A stretch of DNA of 64,000 nt from Eledone cirrhosa (Eukaryota). Where the stretch lies: NCBI GenBank assembly GCA_964016885.1, contig OZ024743.1:284890001-284954000 (forward strand), given 5' to 3'. A model generated the notes under the pieces. That model saw only the letters and a list, made by a program, of their open reading frames with translations, did no database searches and had not been told where the DNA came from. Shown here in pieces: positions 36,951-49,072 of this stretch (its first letter is position 1; each line of letters begins with the position of its first letter). A program made the translations under genes and the position numbers.

Positions 36951-36961
36951 TCACTCACTCA

Positions 36962-36994
<33 letters not shown>

Positions 36995-37010
36995 GCGCGC
37001 GCACACACAT
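36905..37010. repeat. (CA)n/(CACT)n microsatellite
   Basis: Direct inspection. Confidence 0.95.
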
Positions 37011-37039
37011 TCACTCATACACACATGCATACACACACG

Positions 37040-37096
37040 TTATATTTACTAGCAGAACCGCTGCCCTTTGGGCACTATTTCTGCTAGTAAATATAA
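37040..37096. other. 57-bp nested hairpin resembling back-to-back Helitron 3' termini
   Basis: 18-bp perfect arms TTATATTTACTAGCAGAA/TTCTGCTAGTAAATATAA around an inner TGCCC-TTT-GGGCA hairpin. Confidence 0.5.
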
Positions 37097-37346
37097 TGTT
37101 TATAATGATTTCAATTAGAGACAAAGCTTCCCTTTTGTTTGTTTGTTTTTTGTTTCCAGAGAGAAGAAGAGATATGTATAATCAGCATAATCGATTGAAT
37201 CTGCTCCAATATAGTAGTGGCATTTATTATCAACCTCTGGGGAGATAAAAGGCAAAATCAACCCTGGTGGGATTTAGACTCACAATCTAGAAAGATGAAA
37301 TATTGCCAGACATTTTGTCTAATGCTTTATCATATTTGTTAACTTC

Positions 37347-37544
37347 TTACTACTGCTATTACTACTACTACTACTGCTATTACTACTACTACTACCGCTA
37401 TTACTACTACTACTACCGCTACTACTACTACTACTACTACTACTACCACTATCACTATCACCACCATCACCACCATCACCACTACTACGATGATGACAAT
37501 GGCAGTGGTGATGACGGCGACAGCAGTGGTTAGTGGCGATGATT

Positions 37545-37575
<31 letters not shown>

Positions 37576-37605
37576 GAATGATGATTTGGAGGAGGAGGAG
37601 GAGGA
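37347..37605. repeat. Trinucleotide microsatellite complex (TAC)n/(CAC)n/(GAT)n/(GAG)n
   Basis: Direct inspection. Confidence 0.9.
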
Positions 37606-38099
37606 TTTCTAACATGCAATCCTATATATAATAGAGCTAACTGCAACACATACAATCACAAACACGTGCACACACAAACACACACATACCGATACATAAA
37701 CACACATGCAAACCGACTTACAGTTTTGATGAAACATGTTCACATTCAGAATCTATACTTTGGAATCTTTATTCTGTGACACTGTTAATGACACTACTAT
37801 ACTGTAGAGTGTTTTACTTTGGTAGTATTGCCAGGTCAATGACCTCTGGATATTGCCCTAAGTCCTCCAGAGAAGACTACTCAATTGGTCTAACTTGACA
37901 CCTATATTTTCCACGAGAATATTATTGCTCTTACCCACTACTAATCATCTGTTGAATGTAAGAGTTGACATACCACTAACCAGGGCTGGATTAACCATAA
38001 GCAAAATATGCTCATGTTTAGGGTATCAAGAGAAGAGGGGCATCAATTTATTCAAATTATATGTATTTGTCATTCCCCCAAAATAGCTAACCTCGCTGA

Positions 38100-38974
38100 T
38101 AATAATTGTTTCTACTTTTGGCACAAGACCAGCAATTACCCAGTGTATTACTGGTACTTTATTTTATCGACCCCGTAAGGCAAAGTTAACCTTGGCGGGA
38201 TTTGAACTCAGATTATAAAGGGAGGTAACTCTATGCTTCAAAGCATGGCGCCCGACCCTCTACTGATACTGCCAAATAATAATGAATTTTAACATTGGTA
38301 CAAGGTCAACATTTTTCTTGAAAGTGCATAGCTGATTAACCCTTTAGCATTTAAACCAGCCGTATCCAACCAGAATTCTCTCACAGTTCAAACCAGCCAT
38401 AACTAGCCACTCATACTGACATTAAGGTATTGTTCTCAAAATAAATAATAACATCATCAAAATCTCATAGATTCCATATTATGTGAAATAAAGCCTTTAC
38501 CATGAAAGTATAATAGTAGAGCAATGTAAATGTTAAAGGGTTAAATTGACCCCAGTACCTTGGTAGTGTTATTTTATTAATTCCAATAGGAAGACAAAGT
38601 CAACTTTGGTGAGATTTGAATTCAGAATATGAAATGCCACTCGGCAGTTTGTTCAGTGTCCTATTAATGTTGTTAATCTACCACCATTTGCTTATACACC
38701 ACATTTTTTTTATTTAATAATAATTATTATAATGCTACACCACTACTACTAATAATAATAGTTTCTTATATAGGCACAAGGCCAGCAATTTGGGGGCAGG
38801 GAAAGTCAATTAAATCGATCCCAGGGCATGACTGGTACTTTATTTTATCAACCCCGTAAGGATGAAAGGTAAAGCTAACCTCGGCAGGATTTGAACTCAG
38901 ACCATAAAGGGACGTGACTCTATGCTGCAAAGCATGGTGTCCAACTCTCTACCGATACTGCCAATCCACCACCC
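38100..38974 (-). mobile_element. Three co-oriented SINE family A copies directly downstream of the Tx1 LINE
   Basis: Copies at about 38100-38275, 38288-38690 (interrupted by a MITE) and 38755-38974. Confidence 0.8.
38340..38540 (+). mobile_element. piggyBac-like MITE with TTAA target duplication, nested in a SINE
   Basis: TTAA|CCCTTTAGCATTTA...TAAATGTTAAAGGG|TTAA; removing it restores the SINE sequence GCTGATTAAATTGACCCCAGT. Confidence 0.85.
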
Positions 38975-39028
<54 letters not shown>

Positions 39029-39284
39029 TTTCTTTATTAACCACAAGGGTTTACATAAAGTAGACATTAAGGACAGTGCAGGACAATGCAGGACGGTACA
39101 AATGGGCATTTCTGCGTGTAAAAAAAACAAAAACAGAGGATGTAACAAAAATAACAATGAAAATAACAATGAAAAATTCCCCAATAGGGGGGAGACTTCG
39201 GAGGGACATTTGTGGAGAAAGCCCAGTAAAAAGCCACAATGACCCTGACCACCAAGGCAAGTGCCCTCTCCCAGTTTTCCACCT

Positions 39285-42200
39285 TTAGTTTACAGATATA
39301 TACTCAGAGTCGGCCCATTCACTCGGGCCATTCACTCGGGCCATTCTTGCTTCTCTCACCCATCTTTCAACAAAATGCTGGGAAGAGAGCACTTCCCTCT
39401 CTACTCTGATTTTCCTTTTCAAATGAAATTTGAAAAAGTCAATCAGAGCATCACCGAAGAGGTAAGTGCTCGTCTTCAGCCCTTTCAAACGTGTCCACCA
39501 TACTATCTCTTTCGCCATGGCCACCAGACAGATAAAAACTGCCTGCCCTTCCCGGCTAAAGGAGGAGGGCGGGGCAATCCTCACGATAGACTCAGATGAT
39601 AGCTGGATCCGTCCTAAACGCGACAGCAGGTGTTCGACATAAACCCACAAGTCAGCAATTTTCGGACACTGGACGAGTGCGTGCAGGACGGTTTCGTCGC
39701 CCTGCGCGCATCTCGGACATGCCCGGCTGACGGCACCTCCATGCCTGTAGAGTTTATCCCGAACTGGCAAGGCTCCTCGGTAGCACTGCCAGGCCAGAGA
39801 TTTCTGGAAGTTGTCCATAGGCCCTGGCCCGAAAGTTCTTCCGAAGAGATTGGCTAGTTGATTTTCGTCGACGCCTAGAGTTTCCCCAAGTACGTCGTCG
39901 CTCTTCCCCTCCACTAATCCTCTATAGAACGCCGAGGTGGAGTTTCCACCAATCACATTGCCCGATTGGTCGAGGGCTGTGAGCGCCTGAAGACATTCCA
40001 GTCTCCAGGCGCTCCCTCTCGGTCTTCGCTTGACCCAGGACTGCAGCTCCGTCAAGGAAACGAGCTGGGGAAAAACGCGTCTAGCAAACGGCGACCACAC
40101 CTGATCACCGTCGAGGAAGAGGTGGAGATGTCGTAGCCTGAGCGCGTGCCTGCGCATCATCAGCCACGGCATGCCCAGCCCTCCACGTAGCGGGTGTTGA
40201 CAACAGATGGACCGCCTGACCATCGGAGCACGTCCCTTCCACAAAAAGCGAAAGAGCAAACGCTCCAGCGCAGTCAGGCGAGGCTTAGGACAAGGTACGA
40301 CGGTTAGGCGGTAGCAGATGACAGACGCGATGTACGCGTTAGCCACCTCCGCTCGACCTTTCAGGGATAGCTTCCTCTCCGCCCATTTCTGGGTGAGAGA
40401 AGCCACCCTGCTCGTCACCTCGTCCCAGTTTTTGTCCGTCTGGAGGTCCGGACCGAACCAGACCCCTAGCAATTTAACCGGTCCGTCCGTCCAGCGCCCG
40501 ACGACGCTGTTGGACGGCATGGACCTGCCTCTCCAGGTGCCGAGCTGCAGGCCCACTGACTTTTCCTGGTTGATCATTGCTCCTGTCACCGCTTCGTATT
40601 CTCTTAGTGTAGTGCCGATCGCCTCGATGTGTTTGGCGTTCGACACCACTACGGTGACATCGTCCGCATATGCTGACACGGATCTTCCGCATCCTAGTTC
40701 GCGCGGGACTCCCCTCAACGTCTCCAGTTTGTGCAGTAATGGCTCGAGAGTCAATACGTACAAGAGGGACGAGAGGGGACATCCTTGGCGGACCGAGCGC
40801 ATGATGTTGAACGGTTCCGACAGGTGACCGTTCACTCTCACTACAGAGCAGATGTCGCTGTGCATGGCAGCGATCCAGCCTCTGAAGACGGGCCCAAAGC
40901 CAGCCGCCCTCAGGACTGCCGCTAGGTAACGATGGTCGACCCTATCGAAAGCTTTCGACTGATCTAAATTGATCAAGGACCCACCCGTGCCAGGTTCCCT
41001 AGCTACCCTCTCTACGATGTATCGCATGAGGTGGAGGTTGTCGTGGATGGATCTGTCGGGAATGGCGCATATCTGCGCCTCTCCCACCAGACCACCAACG
41101 ACAAGCGCCAACCTCTTTGCTAGCACCTTGGCCAAAATCTTAAACTCTGTGTTTAGCAGAGTTATGGGCCGGAAATTGTCTATGTTATCCCCCTTGTTCG
41201 GATCCTTTCTCAGCAGTGCCACCGCTCCTCGGCTCACAGAACTGGGAATTCTCCCGTTCTGTTGCCAGTTGCAGTAGACGTCCGCCAAGAGGCCTCCGAA
41301 CAAGTCTGGCATCTGTACGTAAAGTTCATAGGGCAGACCATCCAAACCAGGCGATTTACCCCTTGTGCAGCCAGTCATTGCCTCCCGTACTTCAGCGGCT
41401 GTTATCGGCTTTTCGCAACACTTCGCCTCAGTGGCCGAGAGCCGCGGCAGTCCGTCGAGGTAGACACTAAAGTCCATCCCTCTACCCGGCCCCCCGCTGC
41501 CCCCGAACAGCTGAGCGAAGTGTCGCTGAAAAGCTTCACACATTTGCCCGGGATCGAGTAGCATGCGCCCGTCGTGGTCCACCAAAGACCGGATCGTGGC
41601 TTTGTTGCCACGACGCGCCTCCGCCACTCGGGCCCATTGAACGGCTTTCGTCCCCTCGTGTCTGAGAGCACGCACCCTAGCTCTGACAACGCAGCCTTCG
41701 TGCTTTGCATTGAAGAATTGGTCAAGGGCCAATTTCGCCACAAGCACGTCGGTCGCAATGCCTTTGCTAAGCGCCTCGTCTAATTTTCTAACTAGTTCTC
41801 CCTCTGCTCTATTTTTCTCCATTGCTAAAGCCTTACTAAACCTAATCGATTCTATTCTAATCGCTCTTTTCAGAGCAAACCACCACTTGTTGTTGACGAT
41901 GGCCCCCGTCAACGCCCGCTTAACTAGTTCGCTAATCCGGTCTCTGTAGGCCTTGCGCGCTGGTAAGGACGCGTTTAGCTTCCAGTAGCCGGGTCCTCGT
42001 CTATGAAGCCTATCTAAGTCAAGCACACAGGTCACGAATTTGTGGTCCGTGTAGCTGACTATCTTGAATTGTGGACAGCCTATGCTAGACCTATCTATTT
42101 CCCTACAAAATACTCTATCTAGATATGATCTGGATGACCCTATGCGGTTTGTCCAAGTCCACATTGGCACATTCGGGAAATCCAATCGGTACCTGTCAGA

Positions 42201-42722
42201 CAGTTCAAAACGCCTGAGCAGGTTGGTGAGGCTCTTGCACCCTCCACCCCTATCCGCTAATCCCACACAGTCCCAGCGTGCATCTAAGATCCCGTTCCAG
42301 TCGCCCACTAACACTAAAGAGCGGGACGTTCCAAGAAAGGTCTCCAGACGCCGGAAGAAATCAGGCCGCCCTGCTCCTGTCGGGGCATAGACGGCCACTA
42401 GCCTGAAAGCTTGCCCGTCTCCGCTGGTCACGTCCAGCACCACCAGCTTACCCTCTGGGTCCAGGAAGATGGCCCGTATGGCGAGATCCAAACCTCTCCG
42501 AAAAAGCACAGCAACTCCTCCACCCGATCCAGGACAGCTGGGAGATGCGTACACATCGTAGCCGCCGAAGATCGGTGCGAAGGCCCGTGCTTCGGAGATT
42601 CTGGTCTCGCTGATGGCCACTACATCTATGTTTAGTGACCTGAGGTCGTTGAGCAGGTGACCCTGCTTCCATGACGACCCCAAGCCACGCGCATTTATGC
42701 TGCCTATTCTGAGTGAGGTCAT
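39285..42722 (-). CDS. Tx1/L1 ORF2 polyprotein, 1145 aa (AP endonuclease, reverse transcriptase, CCHC knuckle)
   Basis: MTSLRIGSINARGL, ISETR, AVYAP, VGDWN, YLDR, TDH; KSPGLDG, FRPITLLN, DQSKAFDRV, RQGCPLS, YADD; CPRC-x8-H-x4-C. The likely start is the ATG at 42722 because the upstream extension runs through flanking microsatellite. Confidence 0.92.
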   Translation of the reverse strand: MTSLRIGSINARGLGSSWKQGHLLNDLRSLNIDVVAISETRISEARAFAPIFGGYDVYASPSCPGSGGGVAVLFRRGLDLAIRAIFLDPEGKLVVLDVTSGDGQAFRLVAVYAPTGAGRPDFFRRLETFLGTSRSLVLVGDWNGILDARWDCVGLADRGGGCKSLTNLLRRFELSDRYRLDFPNVPMWTWTNRIGSSRSYLDRVFCREIDRSSIGCPQFKIVSYTDHKFVTCVLDLDRLHRRGPGYWKLNASLPARKAYRDRISELVKRALTGAIVNNKWWFALKRAIRIESIRFSKALAMEKNRAEGELVRKLDEALSKGIATDVLVAKLALDQFFNAKHEGCVVRARVRALRHEGTKAVQWARVAEARRGNKATIRSLVDHDGRMLLDPGQMCEAFQRHFAQLFGGSGGPGRGMDFSVYLDGLPRLSATEAKCCEKPITAAEVREAMTGCTRGKSPGLDGLPYELYVQMPDLFGGLLADVYCNWQQNGRIPSSVSRGAVALLRKDPNKGDNIDNFRPITLLNTEFKILAKVLAKRLALVVGGLVGEAQICAIPDRSIHDNLHLMRYIVERVAREPGTGGSLINLDQSKAFDRVDHRYLAAVLRAAGFGPVFRGWIAAMHSDICSVVRVNGHLSEPFNIMRSVRQGCPLSSLLYVLTLEPLLHKLETLRGVPRELGCGRSVSAYADDVTVVVSNAKHIEAIGTTLREYEAVTGAMINQEKSVGLQLGTWRGRSMPSNSVVGRWTDGPVKLLGVWFGPDLQTDKNWDEVTSRVASLTQKWAERKLSLKGRAEVANAYIASVICYRLTVVPCPKPRLTALERLLFRFLWKGRAPMVRRSICCQHPLRGGLGMPWLMMRRHALRLRHLHLFLDGDQVWSPFARRVFPQLVSLTELQSWVKRRPRGSAWRLECLQALTALDQSGNVIGGNSTSAFYRGLVEGKSDDVLGETLGVDENQLANLFGRTFGPGPMDNFQKSLAWQCYRGALPVRDKLYRHGGAVSRACPRCAQGDETVLHALVQCPKIADLWVYVEHLLSRLGRIQLSSESIVRIAPPSSFSREGQAVFICLVAMAKEIVWWTRLKGLKTSTYLFGDALIDFFKFHLKRKIRVEREVLSSQHFVERWVREARMARVNGPSEWADSEYISVN

Positions 42723-42757
42723 GTTTAAAATAGAGTGGAAAAGATGGGAAAGACCAC

Positions 42758-42889
42758 TTACCGTACTTTTGGTAGAGGAGGGATGGTTTTTACATCCCTT
42801 TTCACTTGATCGTCTGGTGAAGGGACCGTTGAATCGTCCCTTCGGCTGGTCGTCGGCTCTTCTAAGAGAATGTCTGAATATACTCTTCG
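42758..42889 (-). pseudogene. Probable C-terminal remnant of Tx1 ORF1
   Basis: Open frame RRVYSDILLEEPTTSRRDDSTVPSPDDQVKRDVKTIPPLPKVR* from the truncation point to a TAA 35 bp upstream of the ORF2 ATG. Confidence 0.5.
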
Positions 42890-45800
42890 ATAATAATAAT
42901 AATAATAATAATAACAAATAGAGAAATAGTAAAGTCAAACCTGAAAAAGCTAGTTCTCTCTGATAGGAGGAGACAGAGTTAATAGTCATTGAATATTGCT
43001 GTATTGGGAAAGCATCCAGTCCATGCCAGCATAGAAAATAGATATTAAAATGATAATGTTGGCTATAGATACATGAAATATGGTATTACTACTATTGAAG
43101 TGTGATTCAGGTATAGTTGCATAGATTTAAGTAATAATACCATAACTTTTAACAATATATTTTGCTACTGTATGTAATTAGTAAGTTTAATAGTCACATT
43201 GTTGGTACTTATATTGTAAATTGTTCTATTGAATAACGATTAAAACTTTTATTTAATATAGTAATTACTACCATAATTGGTAATAATACATTGCAGTTGA
43301 TAGAAAATGGTCTAGTATTATAGTAGTACTTGTAGAATTTGTTAGTATAGTATAAGCATTATCTTAACTGATAATAGAGTCTGCTAGTATGTTCCGCCTA
43401 TGTTACAATAATAGTAATGTTTATATGACTATTTTGAATTATAGTAACAATTAGGAAGGAACAAAGTCATTTTGTTTTTCTGTTTAGGTTGTAGATGTAG
43501 GAGAGCTCAGTTTTGTCAATCAATAAGGGAGCAGGCCTGGAGTTTGACATTTCTTTTACTTTACCTGTACTACATTGTTTCTATAGTCCAGTCCACCTAG
43601 CTGAAAATCACAGTTGTGAACCACAGTGTGTGTCTTGGGTTTTCATTGGCTCTGACAATAAATTCCCCAGGAAACAATGGAAGAACCTGCTTATAAAATC
43701 AACGTGCAAGTGGCAGAACATTCTACTGACATATGCATCCTTAATGTACTTCTCAGGGAGATTCAGTATGATACAGTATGTGAACAAGGTTGGCCCTTTA
43801 GATTATAAGTACAACTCATTTTTGCTAACTGAATGGACTGTAGTAATGTGTGCAACAATTGTACTGAATTTATTTTCTGTGGGTGCAGCTAGTAATAATG
43901 TTTGATCATGCTGGTTTCATTAAGATTACTAAAAGATACTTCTGATTATCATGAAAGGTAATGGATTTGATCACCTGACAATAAACAGATCGACCAAGTA
44001 TTTATCTCTGGTGTATTACTGGCATTATGGCATCAGCCCTGTAGAGCAAGGTTAACTCATGTAGGATCTGAACTCAGAGAATAAAAGTGAAGTCAACCTC
44101 AGAGATATAAAATCCAAAATTAATCTTTGAAATATAGAAACAAAAACTTCTAGCCATCACCACCATTCTATAATTAGCAATAATATTATTAGTGTTATTT
44201 ATTTGTAGGGGATATGGCATGAGGCCAGTTTTTATAAGAGGATTGTAGTTGATTAAATTAGCCTTAGTATACTATATTTCTTATTTTATTATACCAGGAT
44301 AGAAGATGAATTTGATGTAAATGAGATTTGAACTCATAATGTAGGAGGATGGAATTAAATATAACCCAACTTCTTCTGCTGATTCAACACCTTTCTACAA
44401 TATATAATATTATTATCATTATATATAGTGAAGCAGTTTACTTAGCATAGCTGTTAGCATTGTTAGTATTGACTACATTGAGTCATAATACTTAGCTTTC
44501 CGACTTGCTTACATATTATTCGTACTGCTATCATTTCTAATGCTTCTATTATTATTATTCTACAAATGACAGCACTATGAAGTACTATGCTAAATATTGA
44601 TGTGTTACATGAACATGATATTCAGATGTATAAATGAAGGTGAAATGAGATTGTGTGATGTACATGCCTTTCTCAAAAGTATTATTGATGTAGTTCTTTT
44701 GGGGATATTGATTTCTTGTTCAAGCACAAGGGCTTAGATATAAAGGGTGAAGAAAATGAAATTACATTACATTAATGCTCTTTTCTGGAGGTTATTAATA
44801 AAGCAGTTACCACTCCATGGATTGTGGTATAATTTTGAATGGATCACAAAGATAAAATCTTTCTATTAAAATATTTGATAAAATGGAAATTGGGAAATGT
44901 TCATAAATATAATTATGCAATAAGCAAGAACAACAATACATCATTTACTGCAAACAAAAACTAAGGAATGAAAAGTATCAAATGTTAATTTTATTAAATT
45001 AAATTTCTGAAAAATTGTTTCTATATATGAATATTAAAAGAAAGGTTTACAGAGTATTGTTAATTTATTGAAATGGGTCGCAATGACAAAAGGTTGAGAA
45101 CAGCGACATTAAAAATACTGTATATAGATTTTTTATATGAATGACAATACCTCAGATATGCAGAGAAGAAAATGAGATTAAAAGATGGCCATGCTTTTCT
45201 CAAAAGTATTAGTAATTGTAAGTGACGTAATATAGCTACAGCTGTAAATCAAAACTATGTCATGGACTAGGTTTGCTGAGAGCAAACTTCTTTTCAATAA
45301 TCTTTTTACTAAAGTACTAAATTTTAATATCTTTTGAGCAAACACCAGTTGAATCAACTTCACTATATTACAAAACAGTGTGGAAGCTTCTATGTGGCTG
45401 CTCTTTCAAGAAATATCAGCCAAATCACTCTCATATAATATGCTATGCCTTAAAGAAATAACATATTAGATAATGTAATCCTGGATATACTATAACTAGA
45501 AAAATACTGGATAGTTACAACCAAAATGTGTTAGGTAATAGGTGTACTCAATTGTGGTTGACCTCAGGTTAAACAACAACTGCTCCCATCTTATATAATT
45601 GATACATATTTTATTACCCTCAAGAGTATTGAAAAAGAATGTAAATTCCAGGAAGATATGAACTAAAAAGATAAAAGAACATGACTAAATACTGTAAATG
45701 ATTTAGTCCAGCATATATTCTTTCTGCCTTATTCTAAATACCAATACATTAAGCCTTGTTGCACATCTCCTGTAAATCATGATTTGAATGAAATCTTTAT

Positions 45801-47704
45801 ATCCTAAGTGTAAACAATGTTTACAGTTAGCTTGAAATACCAGAAATCTGCTCCAAACCACACTCTATCATCTTAAATAAGGAAAGGATACAAACCCATA
45901 GGATAAGCATTTAATCCTAGACATCCCTACAAAGATGGGATGGTCATAGCTGAAATACTTTTGAGTATAGGTCTTTTTAATCAGATTTGTCCTTGGGTTA
46001 AACAACTTAAGGATTTGGGGTTAGATTTTGTATAATAAATATTTTGTAGATTTCAATGGTTGGTTAGTGAGGTAAAGATAGTGACCACCAGTAATTGTTG
46101 TAGACTGTAGAAGCAGAAAAACTCCTAGTTTCTAGTTTCAAAAGTTTACTTTTGAAATATTGATATTAATGTGGCTTTGTTCCTAAGTTAGAAGAAGCAA
46201 TAATAATAATGATTTCTACTATAGGCACAAGGCCAGCAATTTTATATATGTCTAATAAACTTTACTTGGCTTTATGGTTCAATACTTAAAAACAGAAAAA
46301 CGTGTGAATACCTGAATACCTGGGGTGTATAAATTGTGTATGTATGCAGTTAAAAAGATGCCTACTTCTATGTGGGTATAGGTGTATAGCAATATATTTG
46401 TGGTTGTCTATGTTATGTATAATATTCTTATGCAACATCCATTCATCATCATTGTCATCATTGTCAGTTTAGAGAAAATGCAGGCCTTATGAGTTAATGA
46501 AAGGAGAAGAGTTCAAAGGAAACGTCTGTGTAATAAACCAGTGACATTTTACTTAAAACAGCTGTAGCTACACTCATTTTCCAAGCAAAACACACTCTCT
46601 CCCTTTCACACTCACATACTTTTTCTCTCTCTTTCAGAGACACATATGGAATGAACCACTTTCAGTTACGATGATGACTGTTCCAGTTGTTCAATCAATG
46701 GAACAGCCAGCTCATAAAATTAACATGTTAGTGGCTAAGTATTCCACAGACACCTGTACCCATAACATAATTCTAAGGGAGATTCAGCATAACACATTGC
46801 GAGTCATGGCTAACCCCTTGAATTATAGGTATAGTCCATCTGACAGGCTTTGAAACATTTTCTGTCTAACCAATTTTACTCACAAAGCCTGGGTCAGCAT
46901 GAGACATCATTAAATGGCACTTGACCAAGATGCCACACAGTAGGATTGAACCCAGGAGCTAATGATTGTGAATCAAACACCTTAACTATTCAGCCACATA
47001 TACACACACCTACAAGTATATATACACAGCCACACACTAAATATGTAATCATTTGTTCATCTTTTCACTGTGTCCTTCTGTCTTTCTCTCCCTCACATAC
47101 ACACATGTTGCACCAGTTATTCAAGCATTCACCTTCTCTTAACTATTCTTTCTTTCAAAACCTCTTCCTTATGTGTTTTCATGTGTTATCCATTTGTAAT
47201 GTAATTTTTAGAATCAGCTTACAGGTCAAATATTCCAAATGCTTTGATGATTCAAGTTGATTTAGGGGCACAATACATACACATTTTGTGGTTTGGTATT
47301 TGTTTGGCATACAATGTGGTAGTTTCGCCACATTGAATTCAATTTTGCTGTCTGGCATGTTTTTGTTATATCCTGATATGATGATGGTGATTAAAGTGAA
47401 GAAACATGAGGTGAACTCAATTTTTGTTGTAATTTCAACTCCATGAGATTTATTTGTAAGGGTTGCTAACCAAATACAATGTTTGGACTTAGAGAAATAT
47501 TGCTGTTATATTGTTGTGTGTGTGTTTGTGTATGAGTGTGTGTGTGAGTGTATGTGTTGTATGACTGCCTATAACCCATAGCACTAACACAGAGCTGAGT
47601 TGACTAGTGGCAGAGTCGGGGTGGGATTACTCAACAACAAAACTTTATTAAACTTAATGCCTGCAGATAAAATACAAGACATTTTATTGTTAAGGATCAA
47701 GAAA

Positions 47705-49072
47705 TTATGGTGGATTGGCAGAATTGTTAGAGTGTCAGATAAAAGGCTTTGCAGTGTGTTTGTTCTTGTGCTTTACATTCTGAGTTCAAATCTTACTGAG
47801 GTCAAATTTGTCTTTCATCCTTCCAGGAGTTCAATAAAATAAAGTCAAATTACTGGCGTTGATATAATCAACTTTCTCTTCCCCACAAATTGCAGGCATT
47901 GTACCTATATTAGAAATCGTTAAGGATCAAGAGAATTATGGTTTATTGACTTGAACTTGTTAGTGTTTTAGTAACTCACAAATGAAAAGAATAAGAACTA
48001 GGAATGTTGACCTCTCCTATCCACCTATATTCTTTATCTAAATTTGACCTCAGAAACAACCTCTTCCCTCTCCTATGGTAATATTGCTACCTTCTCTCTA
48101 CTATGTTACCAATCTGTCTATAGAGTATGTCACAAATCAACATTACAGACATTCTCTGGTTGCACTGGCAGGGTTCTTTAGTTTTTTTATAATTTCTTTT
48201 GGGTAGCTGAATAGTAGCAATGATAGAATACTGTAATAAATGTCTTACAGTATTTAGTTTCATCATCACCCTTACAGATTATTGGCATTGTGCCAATCTG
48301 AGAAACTATTATTATTGTTGCTCTTGTCATTGTTATTAATATGATGTCAGATTATCAGAAGCATCAAACAAAATGTCTTGTGATATTTAGTTATGTCACT
48401 TTACATTCTGATTTGAAAGTCTACAAGAGTCATTAGAATAAATACCAGTAAAAAATTGGGGTTGATATAATCAACTATACCCAGAAATCAGTTCAGCATC
48501 AAGTAAAATGTTGTGTAGTATTTAGTTATGTTATTTTACATTCTGATTTTAAAAGCCACAGGAGTCACTAAGTCACTAAGTACCAGTCAAGTACTGAGGT
48601 TGATATAATCAACTATGTGCAGAAATTAGTAGAGCATCAAGCAAAATGCTTTGTAGTATTTTGTTGCATTCCTTTGCTTTCTGAATTCAACCCTCTAAAT
48701 CTACTTTATCTTTCATCCCTTCGGGGGTTGATAAAATAATCAATTACTGGACTTGATATGAGCAACTACTTTCTATTCCCAAATGTGTGGTCTTGTTCCA
48801 GAATTAGAAACCATCATCATCATCATCATTATTATTATTATTATTATTATTATTTGGGAGTATCAGTAGAAGCGGTGGATTGGCAGTATTGATAGAGAGT
48901 CAGCATACTTTGCAGCATAGAGTGATGGCTCTTTACGTTCTGAGTTCAAATCCCGCCGAGGTTAACTTTGCCTTTCATCCTTTTGGGGGTCTATAAAATA
49001 AAGCACCAGTAATGCACTGGGGTAATTGCTGGCCTTGTGCCAAAAATAGAAGTAATAATTATTATTATTATT
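47705..49072 (+). mobile_element. Cluster of old and young SINE family A-related copies
   Basis: Decayed copies at 47705-47920 and a roughly 135-bp tandem triplet at 48350-48855; a near-consensus copy at 48872-49072 after (ATT)n. Confidence 0.7.

Larger units (their letters stand above)
38976..42890 (-). mobile_element. 5'-truncated L1/Tx1-clade LINE inserted in (ATT)n
   Basis: GC-rich island with a probable ORF1 tail, a complete ORF2, and a 3' UTR ending AATAAAGAAATC(ATT)n; (AAT)n on both sides. Confidence 0.92.

Noticed and set aside
39261-42921. Many plus-strand and alternate-frame ORFs overlapping the Tx1 ORF2, likewise within the RTE at 28.7-31.7 kb
   Set aside because: Shadow ORFs of GC-rich coding sequence with no motifs.
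42723-42989. N-terminal 89 aa of the 1234-aa ORF, including a poly-Leu run resembling a signal peptide
   Set aside because: It reads through flanking DNA, the (TTA)n target and the ORF1 remnant out of frame; the endonuclease domain starts at the ATG at 42722.
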